DNA of 64,000 bases from assembly GCF_006345805.1 (NCBI RefSeq), contig NC_043016.1, positions 13,082,001 to 13,146,000 on the forward strand, in the 5' to 3' direction. Positions 1 through 12,985 of this stretch are shown here, one piece after another. Made by a program: the position numbers and the translations under genes. The first letter of the stretch is position 1. Each line of letters opens with the position of its first letter. The DNA is from Octopus sinensis. Its lineage: Eukaryota. The notes under the pieces are model-generated. The model made no database searches. It had not been told where the DNA came from and saw only the letters and a program-made list of their open reading frames with translations.

Positions 1-560
1 AGATGGCTGCACCAGACTCCAATCTGATCTGGCAGAGTTTCTACAGCTGGATGCCCTTCCTAATGCCAACCACTCCGAGAGTGCAGTGGGTGTTTTTATG
101 TGCCACCGGCACGAGGGCCAATCAGATGGTGAGCTGGCAGAATCGTTAGCACTCTGGGCGAAATGCATAGCCGTATTTCGTCTGCCGTTACGTTGTGAGT
201 TCAATTTCCGCCGAGGTTGACTTTACCTATCATCCTTTCGGGGTCGATAAATTAAGGACCAGTTACGCACTGGGGTTGAGATAACCGACTTCATCCGTTT
301 GTCTGTCCTTGTTTGTCCCCTCTGTGTTTAGCCCCTTGTGGGTAGTAAAGAAATAGGTACTGGCAACGGCTATGCTCAAATGGTGTTTTTATGTGTCACA
401 TGCACAGGAGCCAGTCTAGCGGCACTGGCAACACCCTTGCTCGAATGTTGTTTTTCACGCACCACTGGCACAAGTGCCAGTAAGGCGATGCTGGTAATGA
501 ACACGCTCAAATGGAGCTTTTTACGTGCCACCGGTAAGAGGGCCAGTCAGCGGCCCTGTA
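1..560 (-). mobile_element. RTE-LINE 3'UTR fragment with ~65-bp repeat units, interrupted by a SINE at 128-355
   Basis: Reverse complement of the RTE tail seen at 43301-43688 (gaagggcatccagctgtagaaac...), with GGCAC..AAAAAGC units on both sides of the SINE. Confidence 0.8.
128..355 (+). mobile_element. tRNA-derived SINE family A, tail type A1 (Meta-domain-like)
   Basis: Head GGTGAGCTGGCAGAATCGTTAGC, B-box-like GAGTTCAA, central CATCCTTTCGGGGTCGATAAATTAAG, tail CCCCTTGTGGGTAGTAAAGAAATA; many copies in window. Confidence 0.85.
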
Positions 561-861
561 TATGTAATATTTAAAATAAGTGAATACATGGATGATACAG
601 TCGTTCTGATACAGGAGAAGAGTATCCTCCATCTTGGGCCAATCAAGGAGCCCAAGAAGTCCAAGAGCACCATGATCACCGAGGACTTGAACCTTCACCC
701 AACTGTTGTTTCTCGAATCTGCTGTTGCATACTTAGAGTAGTTCTACTTACTCTAACCATTCTTATTTCAATCAATCATTTTTTTGCAAATTCGCTGGAA
801 GAGAATACATCTCTCTACATTTCTATTTTTCATTCATTGATTTAATTAACTTCAAAAAAAG

Positions 862-1300
862 GGCAGGTCTGGCTGTGAGGCCAAAGGCATGGCTGTGTGA
901 TTTAAGTTCACTTTCCAACCCCATGGCTTCAGGTTCATTCTCACTGCAGGGCATCTTGGGCAAACATCTGTTATAGACCCAGGTTGACCAAAGTCTTATG
1001 ACTAGATTTGGTCGACAAAGATGTAAAGAAACCTGTCACGTAATTACGTTTATATACATGTGTGTGCATGTGAGTGTGTCTTAACATCATACAATGGATA
1101 TAAATGAATGTTACAATCATACAAGAAGTGTCTCTTATTTCTGACCTTCCATGAAAAACATGTCTGGCCACGGGGAAATATTTCCTTGCTTGGAAACAGG
1201 TGAGGGTTGGTGACAGGAAGGACATCCAGGCTGTAGGAAATCTGCCACAACTAATCTTGTCTGATCTAACGATTGCATGAGAAAATACGACATTAAAGCG
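862..1300 (+). mobile_element. SINE family B (CORE-like, OR1/OR2-like) with RTE-derived tail (B2)
   Basis: B head (catcttgggcaa...gaccaaag), TG-rich middle, then ggaaacaggtgagggttggtgacaggaagg RTE-type tail. Confidence 0.6.
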
Positions 1301-3679
1301 ATTATGTTGAAGGAAGCACTTCTGTAGTCAATTTTAAGCAGTAAATTTATAAATGATACAGTGGGATTATAAGTGTATGGTATGCCATATTATGTTCCTC
1401 TAGTTGTAGATAAGATTCATTATGTAGGTGACATTTGTTTATGGACTTGAAAGCTGGCAACAGAATTATGTTTAAGCTGGGAATTATTACACACACACCA
1501 TACACTACTTCATTGAAAAATAATAGATAAGATTGATGATAATGACTTTTAAAGTATTTTAGATAGAATATTTATAGTAAGCTCAGGGAGAAGAATACAG
1601 ACACACTGACAGACGCTGAAATACACAGAAGGATGGACAGACAGAGAGCTGTAGTTTATTTTAGATTGATCCATTGGGCTGTTACAGTAAAGTCTCTCCC
1701 ATCTTATTGTTGGTTCCTGAGGCAGGAATAGACAGTCTTTACCCATATGAAGAAGATCTGACAGTACAGCTATTCTGTTGTGGTATTGAGTACTTTTTCT
1801 CTTGCTAACACCAATTCACACACACTACACAAGTGTGTGTGTGTCCGTGTCCCATGGTGGTTTGTTGACAAATTTTTCTGCTTTGTAATATTTTCTGTTG
1901 TTCTAATGGTGTTTCTCTTTTCAAAAAATAAACAAAACATATTTGTTCTGTACAATACACATTTTTTGACACTTACAAAATAACAAAAGTTAGTTTGTTT
2001 ATATTCATACACACACACACGTCCAGCTAAAACCTCTCAAGGAGGTGCTCCAGTATGGCCACAGTCCAAAAACTGAAGCAAATACAAGATAAAAAAAAAT
2101 ATATATATATATATGTATGTATGTATGTTATGTCACATGCAGTACATGTGTATGATGTATATATATGTGTGTGTGTATATTACTTTTGTTATTCCTTACA
2201 AACTAGCTCGGAAAATATATAACTTACAGAAAGTTAACATTCACAGTTGCTTCAGCAGATCTATGTTTTTTAGATGTGACTTTCCTGATATTTTTGCTTA
2301 ATTCACGCTACATCATATAGTACCTGCTTCCTCTTTTCTAGGAAAATCTGGCTAAGATTTGGTTGCTATTTTCAGCAGATAGAATGATCACATTTATCTC
2401 TCTGTCTCTCTCTCTCACAATTGTTGCTATTTGTGGTAATATGTAGAAAGTAACTAAATCTTTGTTATTCATCCCTTTTGGTACCAACCTGCCTGAGGCC
2501 ATCCTTGGTTCCATGGCACAAACTTCCAACTTCAAGTGATCTAACCATTGAGTTTCTGTTAAAATTTCATGTTAATTAATGTTTCCAACACTACTTTAAT
2601 AATGGTGAAAGCAGAGTATTTTGACCTTTAGCATTTAAACCAGACATGTCTAACTCAAATATTCTACCTGTTTCGTGTTCATACTGGCCAGATGTGGCCC
2701 CTCAAGCTTACCCTACATTTGAGGAATAAACAATCACATCGTTGAAATCTCAAAATCTCAAAGCTATGAGATAATGCATGATTAATTGAAAACAATGTGA
2801 ATAAATAAACATTACATTTGACAGTAATCAGAATGCTGAAGAGTTAATAGAAATATGGTAACAAGAAGATTGATCTCAATCCATTCCTAATTGTACAGAT
2901 CTATGTCCAGTGGTGTCAGAGCTGTAACTTTCACATTTCTCTTAGGACTATGTTGCCCAAAGTGTTCTTTCTTTTCTGAAGCAGTAAAGAAGAAAATGAC
3001 TGCTATTTCTAGCAGATCGAGTAATAACCACGTAGTAATACCCTCATTGATTTGAGGAGGATGATGATGATAGTGGTGGTGGTGGTGGTGGTGTGGATGT
3101 CATTACATATTCACAAATCAATTTGAAAATTTTTGATTAGGAACTTAAAATAGGAGAGATTGAATGAGAGGTGGTGAGAGTGAGGTAAATTTATGGGAAT
3201 ATTTTCAACCTAAACACTGGGATCAATATTTAAATATTTGAAATTAGTGATATTGTCCTGATGTATGGATTTTCATTTTCTTTTTTTTTTTAATTAATTA
3301 TTTAATTAGGTTGATTAAAGCTGTAGATTTCTCGTTAGTCTGAATGATAAAGACAAGTTCAATGACACTGTGGTTCTAAATTTCAGTTTTAAACTAGGCC
3401 AATTCTAGATTAATATGAGGTGGGTGTCGCGAAAGGCCTGGTTGGAGGCCCAACCTTCCAAGTTCTTCTACAGGGCTTGTGAATCTGAGAGAAGAATATG
3501 TTGAATAAAATCAGAATTAACTGGACCTCTTATGTTTTCTTTTACCCCAAACCAAGAACTTTTCAGCACCCCTTTGTGTATTGATTTATGAAAAAAATGT
3601 TAGGGATACAAATTAAGCCTGTTCTTAAAGATGACATTTTTCTGTAAAACTCTAGACAATCCTGTTGTTTTATCTTTTA

Positions 3680-4005
3680 TCTTCATTTGTTTCGGCCACT
3701 AGACTGTGGCCATGCTGGAGCACTGCTTAGAATGATTTAATCAAATAAATTGACACCAATACTCTTTTCTCCTTAGCTCAGTTGTTATTTTATTGGTGCC
3801 TTTTTTTTTTTTTTGCCAGACTGCTAAGTTACAGAGACGTAAACAAACCAACACTTGTTGTCAAATGGTGGTGGGTGACAAACATAAAAATAGGCACACA
3901 CACACAAAGACACATGCATATACACATGATAGGCTTCTTTCAGTTTCTTTCAACCAAATCCTGTCTTTAGTCAGCCCGTAGCTACAGTAGAAGACACTTG
4001 CAGTG
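3680..4005 (-). mobile_element. SINE family B1, degenerate
   Basis: Matches the 29375-29783 copy (gactgtggccatgctggagcac...gaagacacttgc...gtgggac). Confidence 0.7.
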
Positions 4006-5054
4006 GGACTCATCTTTAACTTTTTTATATTTTCTTTCCCATGTTGACACAGTTTGGACAAGATTTCTTCAGGCAGTATTCTGTGGCCAGGTACCTTTCC
4101 TGTTGCCATCGGTCTTCACACTTTGAAACCTATGAAATTGCCAAACTATGATGCCCTATTGTTTACAGAAAATACAAACGTCATCTTTTTCAGAGTTAAT
4201 CTCTCTCTCTCACACACACCTACCTTATGATATTCTGTATCCCTCTTTCCCATCCAACAAATGCATTCACATTAAAGTTAGATAACTTTTACTTTTGTGC
4301 AGTTGTTGTTTAGCCCTAGGCTGGTTCTCGTTGAGTAGATCTAATAATGAAGTGTATTCTAACCATTGCCATGTTGTCTTTTAGTATATCAGTCCTTGAT
4401 ATTGTACAATGTCATCCTTGATTCAAGGATGACATTGTACAATGTCAAACACCCACACCACCTCCTACCACCACCACCTCTGTCTGTCTGTCTGTTTCTC
4501 TCACAAACAAAAGAAAGGTTAAGATATGATTTTTAGCACATTAAGCTTCTACTCAGAGACTTTTTCATTAGCTTCTGTTCTCTTTCCCTTTGGTTTGGTT
4601 GTTTTCCTTCTGTGTCTGATATCTCAAATAATTATGTGTCAGTCATATGGTTCTGCTGAAAACACTTTTCTAAAGCCTCCAAGATGAGTGCAGGCAGAGA
4701 AGGAAGATGGACCCAAAACCTATGGGCTGTCCTTAGACTATATGGTTGCCTGTCCTGGCTACTTACAACCCCTGCAAAAGACACAGGTGTTAAACAGGGT
4801 GGTGGATTCAATCAACCACCCCAAGAACACCCCATCCAATGAATATCCACATGATGTCTATCCTATTTCAATTCTCATAAAACTTGGGGGTCCATGTGAA
4901 ATTATGCTATAATAGAAGAAACTTGCCCAAGGTGTTATTGTTTAGTGGGAATGAACATAGAGCTACATGACTGCAAAATAAATTTCTTAACTACACTGCC
5001 ATGCTTTTGCAAATTTTGTTTATCCATGTTCACCAAGCAGTATTTGGGGGTGCA

Positions 5055-5087
<33 letters not shown>

Positions 5088-6571
5088 ATGTTATTAAAAT
5101 TTTGCTTTCTTACCCAGCTAGTTGGATATCTGTTGATCAAACTAAGTTATGTGGAAAATGAAATTAGTTACATGAAAAAACAATACTATACAAATGCTCT
5201 CTCTCTCTCTCTCTCTCTCTCATACACACACACATACACTAAGTTACATAGCAACACAAATTCTGTTGCAAGTAGTGGGAAAAAAACAAAAGGAAGAAAA
5301 AACATTTAAACACAACAATCTATACAAAAACAACTTTCTCTTTATTATTTAATATAATATTGGGTCAGATAGTTGTGTAAAGAACTAGGAGTGGAATGTA
5401 CAACAAATGTAGCTTTACATATCAATAATGGATTATTTTGTTGTTTTTTTTTTTTTAATTATTTCTTCCAGGTTAAGTTCTATTAATTTCTCAGGTCAGA
5501 CATGTTTCATGTATTGAGTTTAAGTGGAAGTAAAGTAAAGAAAGGAAATGATTTGGAATTAGAGATAGAATTATATATTGGCTTCAGATATTGGCACAAG
5601 ACCAGGATTTTCAGGAGAGTGAGCAAAGTTGACTACATTGACCTTCAATGCTTAATAAGAACACTTAATTTTTTGATCGCTGAAAGGATGAAAGGGTAAA
5701 GTCAACCTCGGCGGAATTTGAACTCAGAATGTTAAAATGGATGAAATGCCACCAAGCATTAAGCCTGGCATGCAAATGATTCACCATCTTAATAAGAGTA
5801 TATATTGCTTACCAGAATGCAGATGGTGTGTCCTGATCCTGTAGACACCATACAATCTTGTTTAGGAGTGATAAGTACCTGATAAAACTATCAATAATCT
5901 GCATTGGCCCAAAACTGTTTATTTGATGAAGAATCCTGCCTGATGTGTCAGTCCACTTATCCTCAAGGAGCATGAACTTATTTTAACAAATTCTTGGAGT
6001 ATTGGTAATTAAGAGTGGTTTTCGTTTCAGGCACATAACATTTTAGAGTTTAATGATATTACTATACAGTAAATCTTGGTGGAACAAACTTGTGGCTAAA
6101 AGAATTATCAAAAGCCTCATATTTAGAATAAAAAGCAGAAAAGCTTAAATTTCATGTGTATTTCATAATTTGATTGTGCTCAACAAGTGTTTCATCATCG
6201 ACTAATGTCCGTTTTCCATGCTGGTATGGGTTGGACGGTTTGAGGTCTGTAGAGCCAGCGGCTGCACCAGGCTCCAATCTGGTCTGGCAGAGTCTCTACC
6301 GTTAGATGCCTTTCCTGTGATATAAAATATGATATAATTCATCATCATCATCATTATTTAATGTTTATGTTACATGTAATTAATTAATTGAAGTTAATTT
6401 AAAAGTGATGTGTTGCCCATATTCTTTTGGCGGAATATTTCTCAAGTAAAATTCAGTTCTTTGGTAAATCTTATGTGTAATATAATGTGCCTAAAATTAA
6501 ATTTATTGAATATCTCAAGTCAGTACAAGCTAGAAGTAGCCATTTACTAGATTTGATTTACTTATTAAGTA

Positions 6572-6608
<37 letters not shown>

Positions 6609-6747
6609 AAGAAAATAAAAAAAAGAGCAATAATTGTCTTTATGTGTGTTTTATGGGAAGCAAAAGAAGTAAATTTTATTTATATGTGAAATATATGTTT
6701 GTTTGCATACATTGATTCTATTGTTTGTTTGTTTTTTTCTTTTCCAG

Positions 6748-6897
6748 ATATAACTAGAATTAAAAAGGTTACACCTCTTTATGGTCAACCTTCCTGGTGG
6801 GGAGAACCAGACATAGTTGAGAATGACCCAGTGGATTCTTCAAACAGCTCTCAAAACCAAAAGAAGAAATGCAATGATAGTGAAACATCTGACAAAC
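6748..6897 (+). CDS. CEP170: CEP170-like protein, internal coding exon (first in window), phase 1-1
   Basis: Polypyrimidine tract + TTTCCAG acceptor (AG 6746-6747); donor GTAATT at 6898; encodes DITRIKKVTPLYGQPSWWGE..., matching the PLYGQPSWWG motif I recall from vertebrate CEP170/CEP170B. Confidence 0.9.
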
Positions 6898-7009
6898 GTA
6901 ATTATATATTTGAATTATTCTGTGTTGGGGGGGAAAAAAAAGTTTTGCTTTTATTATAATCATTGCTTTAATGTTTGTTTTTTTTTCTTTCTTTCTGTGC
7001 ATTGCTTAC

Positions 7010-7235
7010 TGGTGAGAGTGTTAGATATAAGATCTTGAGTTCAATTCCTGGACCAGGTGATGCATTCTGTTCTTCAGCATAACACTTACTTCACATTCTT
7101 CAAGTTTAGTCAGCTGTGAGTAACCCTACAAAGGATTGGTGTCCCATCCAGGGGGAATGTTGTGATCTGTCACTAATACGCTGTGGAAACCAGATAACTG
7201 ATCTTTTGAGTCCCAGTAGTCAAGACAGTGATGAT
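7010..7235 (+). mobile_element. SINE family C (tRNA head, V-domain-like body)
   Basis: gagttcaattcctggaccagg...gtaaccctacaaaggattggtgtcccatccaggggg; same head at 15478-15765 (+) and 20590-20825 (-). V-SINE assignment is from recall. Confidence 0.55.
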
Positions 7236-7387
7236 GATGATGTTGATATAGGTTTGATTGGTTTGTAATACAGAATTCTTCCTCGTATCAGAAATTGTTA
7301 TTTTGTCTGCGAAGTCCAATCTTCACCAATCTTTAGTGTCATTTTGCAGCTCTTCCTTGATTTATTTCTACCTGTAAACATCTTTAA

Positions 7388-7559
7388 CCCTTTAGCAATT
7401 AAACCAGCCATATCTGGCCAAAATATTCTATCTCTGTTTTATGTCCAAACTGGTCTGGTCCAGCTCCTCACACCTACCCTACAAAGTCATTCCAAAAATA
7501 AACAAATTATTGAAATCTGGAAGAGATGAGAATTTGACAGTAAATTGAATGCTAAAGGG
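7388..7559 (+). mobile_element. piggyBac-type MITE family D (internally deleted)
   Basis: TTAA|CCCTTTAGCA ... TGCTAAAGGG|TTGA; internal sequence shared with copies at ~2625-2850, 14971-15167, ~31732-31907, ~44810-45020, ~48925-49150, 57827-58044, ~61710-61900. Confidence 0.75.
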
Positions 7560-7699
7560 TTGATCACACAGCATGTATGGTCCATTTATTGTGTGTGTTT
7601 TAAAAGAAATTTACCATGTAAATTTCACAGAATATTTAAGAAGAAAGTGGTTTGAATGCAAGAAAAGAGTAATTAGTTGAAAATATCTTGATATTGCTT

Positions 7700-8070
7700 C
7701 AACTGCAGGAATTTGCTCAGACGCTTGCATTGTAACTATGTGACTTTGGTTTCAGTCCCACAGTGTGGCGCCTTGGGCAAGTGTCTTCCACTGTAGCCCT
7801 GAGCTGATCAATGCCTTTTGAGTGAATTTGGTAGACAGAAACTGTGTGGAAGCCTGTTTTGTGTGTCTGTGTGTCCTTCCCAATGCCACCTTGCAATCGG
7901 CAATGGTTTGTTTACATCACTGTAACTTAGTGGTTCGGCAAAAGGCAGCCAATAGAATAAGTACAAGACTTAAAATAAGTACTGGGTTCAATTTGTTTGA
8001 TTAAACCCCTTCAAGTAAATCCAATATGGCCATAGTCCAGTGACTGAACTGACTAAAAGATAAAAGATAT
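7700..8070 (+). mobile_element. SINE family B1
   Basis: ttcagtcccacagtgtggcgccttgggcaagtgtctt...gtaacttagtggttcggcaaaagg...atggccatagtccagtgactgaa. Confidence 0.8.
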
Positions 8071-8119
8071 ATGTTTGAGAGAATGTGATGCTCTACAATA
8101 GTTAAATGAGGAAGCCATT

Positions 8120-8340
8120 ATATTCTTTTCTACTCTAGGCACAAGGCCCAGAATTTTTGGGGAGGGCGAGGCAGTTGATTAGATTGACCCCAGTACACAA
8201 CTGGTACTTAATTTATTGACCTTGAAAGAATGAAAGGCAAAGTCGACCTTGATGGAATTTGAACTCAGAATGTAAAGACAGACGAAATACTGCTAAGCAT
8301 TTCGCCCAGTGTGCTAACATTTCTGCCAGCTCGCCGCCTT
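8120..8340 (-). mobile_element. SINE family A, tail type A2
   Basis: Reverse complement of full head GGCGGCGAGCTGGCAGAAA, Meta-like body and ...ccttgtgcctagagtagaaaag tail. Confidence 0.85.
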
Positions 8341-8617
8341 AAGAAAGCTGTTATATTGCTTGTATTTATTCACACATGATAGCCACAAACCTCATATTGC
8401 AAAAGAAAATAGTCTCAGCTTGATATGTAATCTCACACTCCTATTTATAAGTCGTCTTTCCTCTACTTCTTACATGAATTCTAAAGTGGGTTCTATTCTT
8501 CTCTGATTGCTTGCTCTATGCTTTTTGATGTAGTTCCTTGTTTACTTCAACTACAAAGATTTCAGTTCTCTCTCGGATTATTGCCCTGAGTGGTTGTCCT
8601 TGTTACTCAGATATTAA

Positions 8618-8825
8618 CCCTTTTGTTACCGTATTTCAGTTGAGATACTCTGTGTTTCTCCCAATTTTAAATATAACAAAGAATTTAGTAAAATAACTTA
8701 GTTATCATTAAGCTAGTGTTAGGAATATAAATTGTGACTAAGGTTTGGTGGAAGATTTTAATTCAAAACCAGACATTTGTAGTACAGGGCCAGAGCTGGT
8801 TTCAGCCAGGTTGGTAATGAAAGGG
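8618..8825 (-). mobile_element. piggyBac-type MITE family E
   Basis: TTAA|CCCTTTTGTTACC ... GGTAATGAAAGGG; reverse complement of 49768-49989. Confidence 0.75.
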
Positions 8826-10349
8826 CTGAAGGTGTATAGGTTTGGATAAGTTTCTATGCCATAGGATGATATTGACATTCCTGGTAATGTATCAGCCAGG
8901 GCTGTGGGATCTTTTTGCCAGCTATTTTGGTGCTGTCTGTTTGGTGTCTTTGATTCAATATCAAGTTATTTGCCATTAGACATTTCAATATTTTTCTCTC
9001 TTTTGTTCTCTCTCTCTGTTTATGTGTGTGTGCACATCTAGTTACGTTAGTATGTATATGTGTGTTTATTGTTTCTCTCTGTATGTGTGTACGTTTACCT
9101 CTTGTGTCAAAGCATTTCTGCTGTTGAAACGGTTTGAATGTCCAGTCCCTCATACCAAATCTTTAGTATCCAAACAGCTGCACCCAAGCCTCTCTTCAAT
9201 CTCAAAATCTCGGATTCCTCCTGGTAAATGAATTTAGCCAAACTTATGAATATCACTAAATAATTTTTGTCCGTTTAATCTGACTTTGGTTTTTTTTTTT
9301 TGTTTTTTTTTTTTGGTGTGAATTGTAATTAATTACCTACTTGCTAATCTACATCTATTTCAATTAAGCATGGACTGTGTCTCATTGATCCTTTTGTGTA
9401 ACAACAACTTCTAAGGATATAATAAGGAAAAGAAAAAAAGAAACGTGAATGCTATTCTTCTCTTCAGGTCAATGAAGAAGAAAATATATAAAGTAGAAAA
9501 ATAAAAATAAAATGAATAGTAAGTGAGCCGAAACACTGGAAGTGAATTACTGTGGTTGTTTATCTATTGATTTGGACAATGTGTTTTACAGAACTGCCTC
9601 CTTGGCTAACATAAGTAGAGGGAGCAAAAGAGAGAAAAAAAAGAAAGAGTGTGTATGTGTGTGTGTGTGTGTGTGTGTGGTGGTCAAAGAGAGTTATGCA
9701 CACAAGTGTGTATGCATGTTGTTTGATGTTGCCAATGTGTGAGATAATGCAGATGTTATGGACATTTGGTAAGAATGGATAATTAGGGATCTGGTGAAGC
9801 TATGAGTTTACATGTGTGTCTGACAGAGAAGAAGGTGAGAAAAAAAAAAAAGGGAGGATGTTAGCTAAGATGAATAGATAGAAAGATAGATCTCGGAGGG
9901 GTTTTATGATTAGTGGTGAGGATAGTGTGTGTTTGTGTGTGTGTGTGTGAGTGAGACAAATGATTAAGGCAGCTTGGCAGCAAAACAATGTTTCACAGCT
10001 ATTGGAACTATGACAGCTTGTAAAAACAGATGCTAAAACATATGATGACTATCAAATAGATTTTATCAAACTTTCAGAAAGAAAAAAAAAAGTTTAAAGT
10101 TTTGCTTTGTTCTGTTTACTGGGTTTTTTGTTTTTTTCCTTTTAAGAACAAATTTTTCTGGTATGTTATTTACTCAGTTATATGGTGTGTAGGGTTATGG
10201 AGGAAAGGAAGGAAAAAAAATGTAAAAACCTGTATTTCCTGAAGTAGCATTCTTCACCAAGAATTATATCATATTTATTTTGAAAAGATTAAGGCAGGTT
10301 ATTCCAGTTTACTTTTAACATTTTATTTTTAAGTTAAATAGAGAAAAAC

Positions 10350-10370
10350 TATTATTATTATTATTATTAT

Positions 10371-10410
<40 letters not shown>
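10350..10410. repeat. Compound microsatellite (ATT)n(AGT)n
   Basis: Directly visible. Confidence 0.95.
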
Positions 10411-10411
<1 letters not shown>

Positions 10412-10419
10412 TAAGAAGA

Positions 10420-11240
10420 AAAGATTGGTAGAATTTTTAGCACACTGAGTGGCATTTTGTCTGCCTTTATGTTCTGAGTTCAAATTCCATCGATGTCTGC
10501 TTTGACTTTCATTCTTTTGGGGATCAATAAAACAAATACCAGTTAATTATTGGGGTTTGAGGTTATCAACTTACCCTCGTTCCCAAAATTGCTGACCTTG
10601 TGCCAAAAGCAGAAACCATTATTATGGCGGTGAGCTGGCAGAATCATTGGCACGCTGGGCAAAATTTTTAGTGGCATTTCATCTGTCACTACATTCTGAG
10701 TTTAAATTCCACTGAGGTTGACTTTCATCCTTTTGGGGTCAATAAATTTAGGTACCAGCTGAGTAATTTGGGGTTGATGTAATCAACGTAACTCTTCCCC
10801 ACCAAAATTTCAGGCCTTGAGCTTGTAGTAGAAAAGATCATTATTATTATTATTATTAAAGTGACAAGCTCATAAAATTGTTAGTGTTTTGGTGAAGATG
10901 CTTAGCAGAAGTCTGAGTTCAAATTCTGCTGGGACTGATTTTGTCATTTATCCTTTTGGGGTTGATAAAATAAGTACCAGTTGAACACCAGGGTTGGTAT
11001 AATCAACTTATATATACTCCCCACAAAATTGCTGGCCTGTAGTATAAAGGATTATTATTATCAGTGGTATTTCATCTGCCTCTACGTTGGCAAATTCTGC
11101 TGAGGTCAACTTTGCTTTCCATCCTGTCAAGGTAAATAAAATAAGTACCAGTTATGCACTGGGGTTAATGTAATCAACTATCCCTCTCTCCTAAATTTCA
11201 CACCTTGTGCTTATAGAAGAAAGGATTATTATTATTATTA
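10420..11240 (+). mobile_element. Head-to-tail array of four SINE A2 copies separated by (ATT)n
   Basis: Copies at ~10420-10624, 10625-10858, 10859-11060, 11061-11240, each ending ...agaaa(c/gg)attattatt. Confidence 0.85.
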
Positions 11241-11494
11241 TGCATTATCTATTTTACAAACTTAGACAAGTAGAGTAGGCCAATGGAGATTTCAAATGTC
11301 TTCACAGAGAACATAATATAAACGAACTACTGACCACATATATCCATCTGCCCTAGTAACTTGACCAGCTGTATGGTTGTGTTGCATCTGCCTGGTGTAC
11401 CCTTATCAGATGTGTAGTCATGATGGGTATACTGTGCTTCATATATTTGTACCCCAGTGTCACTTTGGTGACATGCACTGCTCTCTCACTCAAT

Positions 11495-11949
11495 AATAAT
11501 GATATTAATGAAAATAATAATGGCTTCAAATTTAGGCACATAGCCAGCAATTTTGGGGGTAGGGGCAAGTTGATTACATCGACCCCAGTGTTCAACTGGT
11601 ACTTAAGTTATCAATCCCAAAAGGACTAAAGTCAGTTGACCTTGGTGGAATTTGAACTCAGAACATACAGATGGGTGAGATGCCACTAAGCATTTTGCTC
11701 AGCATGCTAACAATTCCGCCAGCTTTCTGTATTGATAATAATAATCCTTTCTATTATAGGCACAAGGCATGAAATTTGGGGGAGGGGGATAGTCAATTAT
11801 ATTGACTCCAGTACTCAGCTGATACTTATTTTAGCAACCCCCAAAAGACTAGAAGGCAAAGTTGACCTCGGTGGAATTTGAACTCAGAACATAAAGCAAA
11901 ATACCACTAAGCATTTTACTCGGCATGCTAACAACTCTGCCAGTTCACT

Positions 11950-11950
<1 letters not shown>
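11495..11950 (-). mobile_element. Two head-to-tail SINE A2 copies on the minus strand, flanked by (AAT)n
   Basis: ~11495-11725 and ~11735-11950; (AAT)n on both sides. Confidence 0.82.
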
Positions 11951-11983
<33 letters not shown>

Positions 11984-12678
11984 TGATGATAAATTGCCAT
12001 GGTCTATTTATTTCTAATTTCAATACATGACCTCAGATCAATTTATGCAGCAAATAAGTTAAGCTGAGGAATAAAAATGTTTTAATATTCCTTAGTTTCA
12101 TTCACAGCTGTTTCTAGAATGTGTATGCATATTTGATTGGTTTGAATCAATATATCATACCACTGTGATTGTTCTATTGATCCCAGAAAATTTCAAATTC
12201 CAAACTGTACTGAATTAAACGATGTTTTTCAGTACCAAATTAAATGGGGGAAACATTAATCCACATTCAATCTGTACAAACTTCCATCAATACTGGGTGA
12301 TTAAAAGAGTATCTCGCCTGCTTTAGAGATGAGTCACTTTAATTAATTAACTACTGAGGGTAATTAACGGACTGTTAGTCACTTATTTTTTTTCTGATAG
12401 AAGTGAAATGAAATGCTAAAAGCTGTGAGCAATTAATGAAAGGGAGAAATGTAGTTGTGAGTGGAAAGAGAAGATGAGGGGAGTTTAAAGATAATTGAAA
12501 GATAAAGAATATAAAAAAAAAAAGTTCATGGCATTTGTTATCAGGTCATCTGAAATCCTACCAATCAATGACTATATTTTTGTAACATATGACCTGCTGC
12601 AGCAGTTGGTTTTTAGAAAGGTTGTTCACAGCAGTCCAGTTATATATGATTTTAGTAATGTGTGTGTGCATGCGTGTG

Positions 12679-12912
12679 TCATCATCATCATTATTGTTTA
12701 ACATCTGCTTTCCATGCTGGCATGGGTTGGATGGTTTGACTGAGGATTAGCAAGCCAGGAGGCTGCACCAGGCTCCAATCTGATCTGGCAAGGTTTCTAC
12801 AGCTGGATGCTCTTTCTAAGGTCAACCACTATGAGAGTGTAGTGGGTGCTTTTTTACATGCCACTGGCACGGGAGTCAGTCAGGGGCACTGGCTTTGACC
12901 ATGTTCAGATGA

Positions 12913-12913
<1 letters not shown>
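12679..12913 (-). mobile_element. RTE-LINE 3' end fragment
   Basis: (ATC)n-TTTAACATC..TTCCATGCTGGCATGGG...ggatgc..ttccta...; similar minus copies at ~6177, 16390, 32170, 38203, 39260, 41620, 45900, 47170, 50406, 54612, 63615. Confidence 0.8.

Positions 12914-12917
<4 letters not shown>

Positions 12918-12985
<68 letters not shown>
12918..12985. repeat. (TA)n(CA)n microsatellite
   Basis: Directly visible. Confidence 0.95.

Noticed and set aside
575-760. Relatively GC-rich ORF piece with EYMDDTVVLI...DLNLHPT, resembling an RT YxDD motif
   Set aside because: Spacing to the LNxxHP motif is about 30 aa rather than about 17, with no other RT motifs and no clear splice sites; likely chance or an unrecognised repeat.
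9450-9540. Strong-looking acceptor TTCTTCTCTTCAG near 9467
   Set aside because: Stops within a few codons in the required phase; such acceptors are common in T-rich introns.
12230-12400. Cluster of TAATTA and TGAGTCA (AP-1) motifs as an enhancer
   Set aside because: Such motifs are expected by chance in AT-rich DNA; no comparative evidence.
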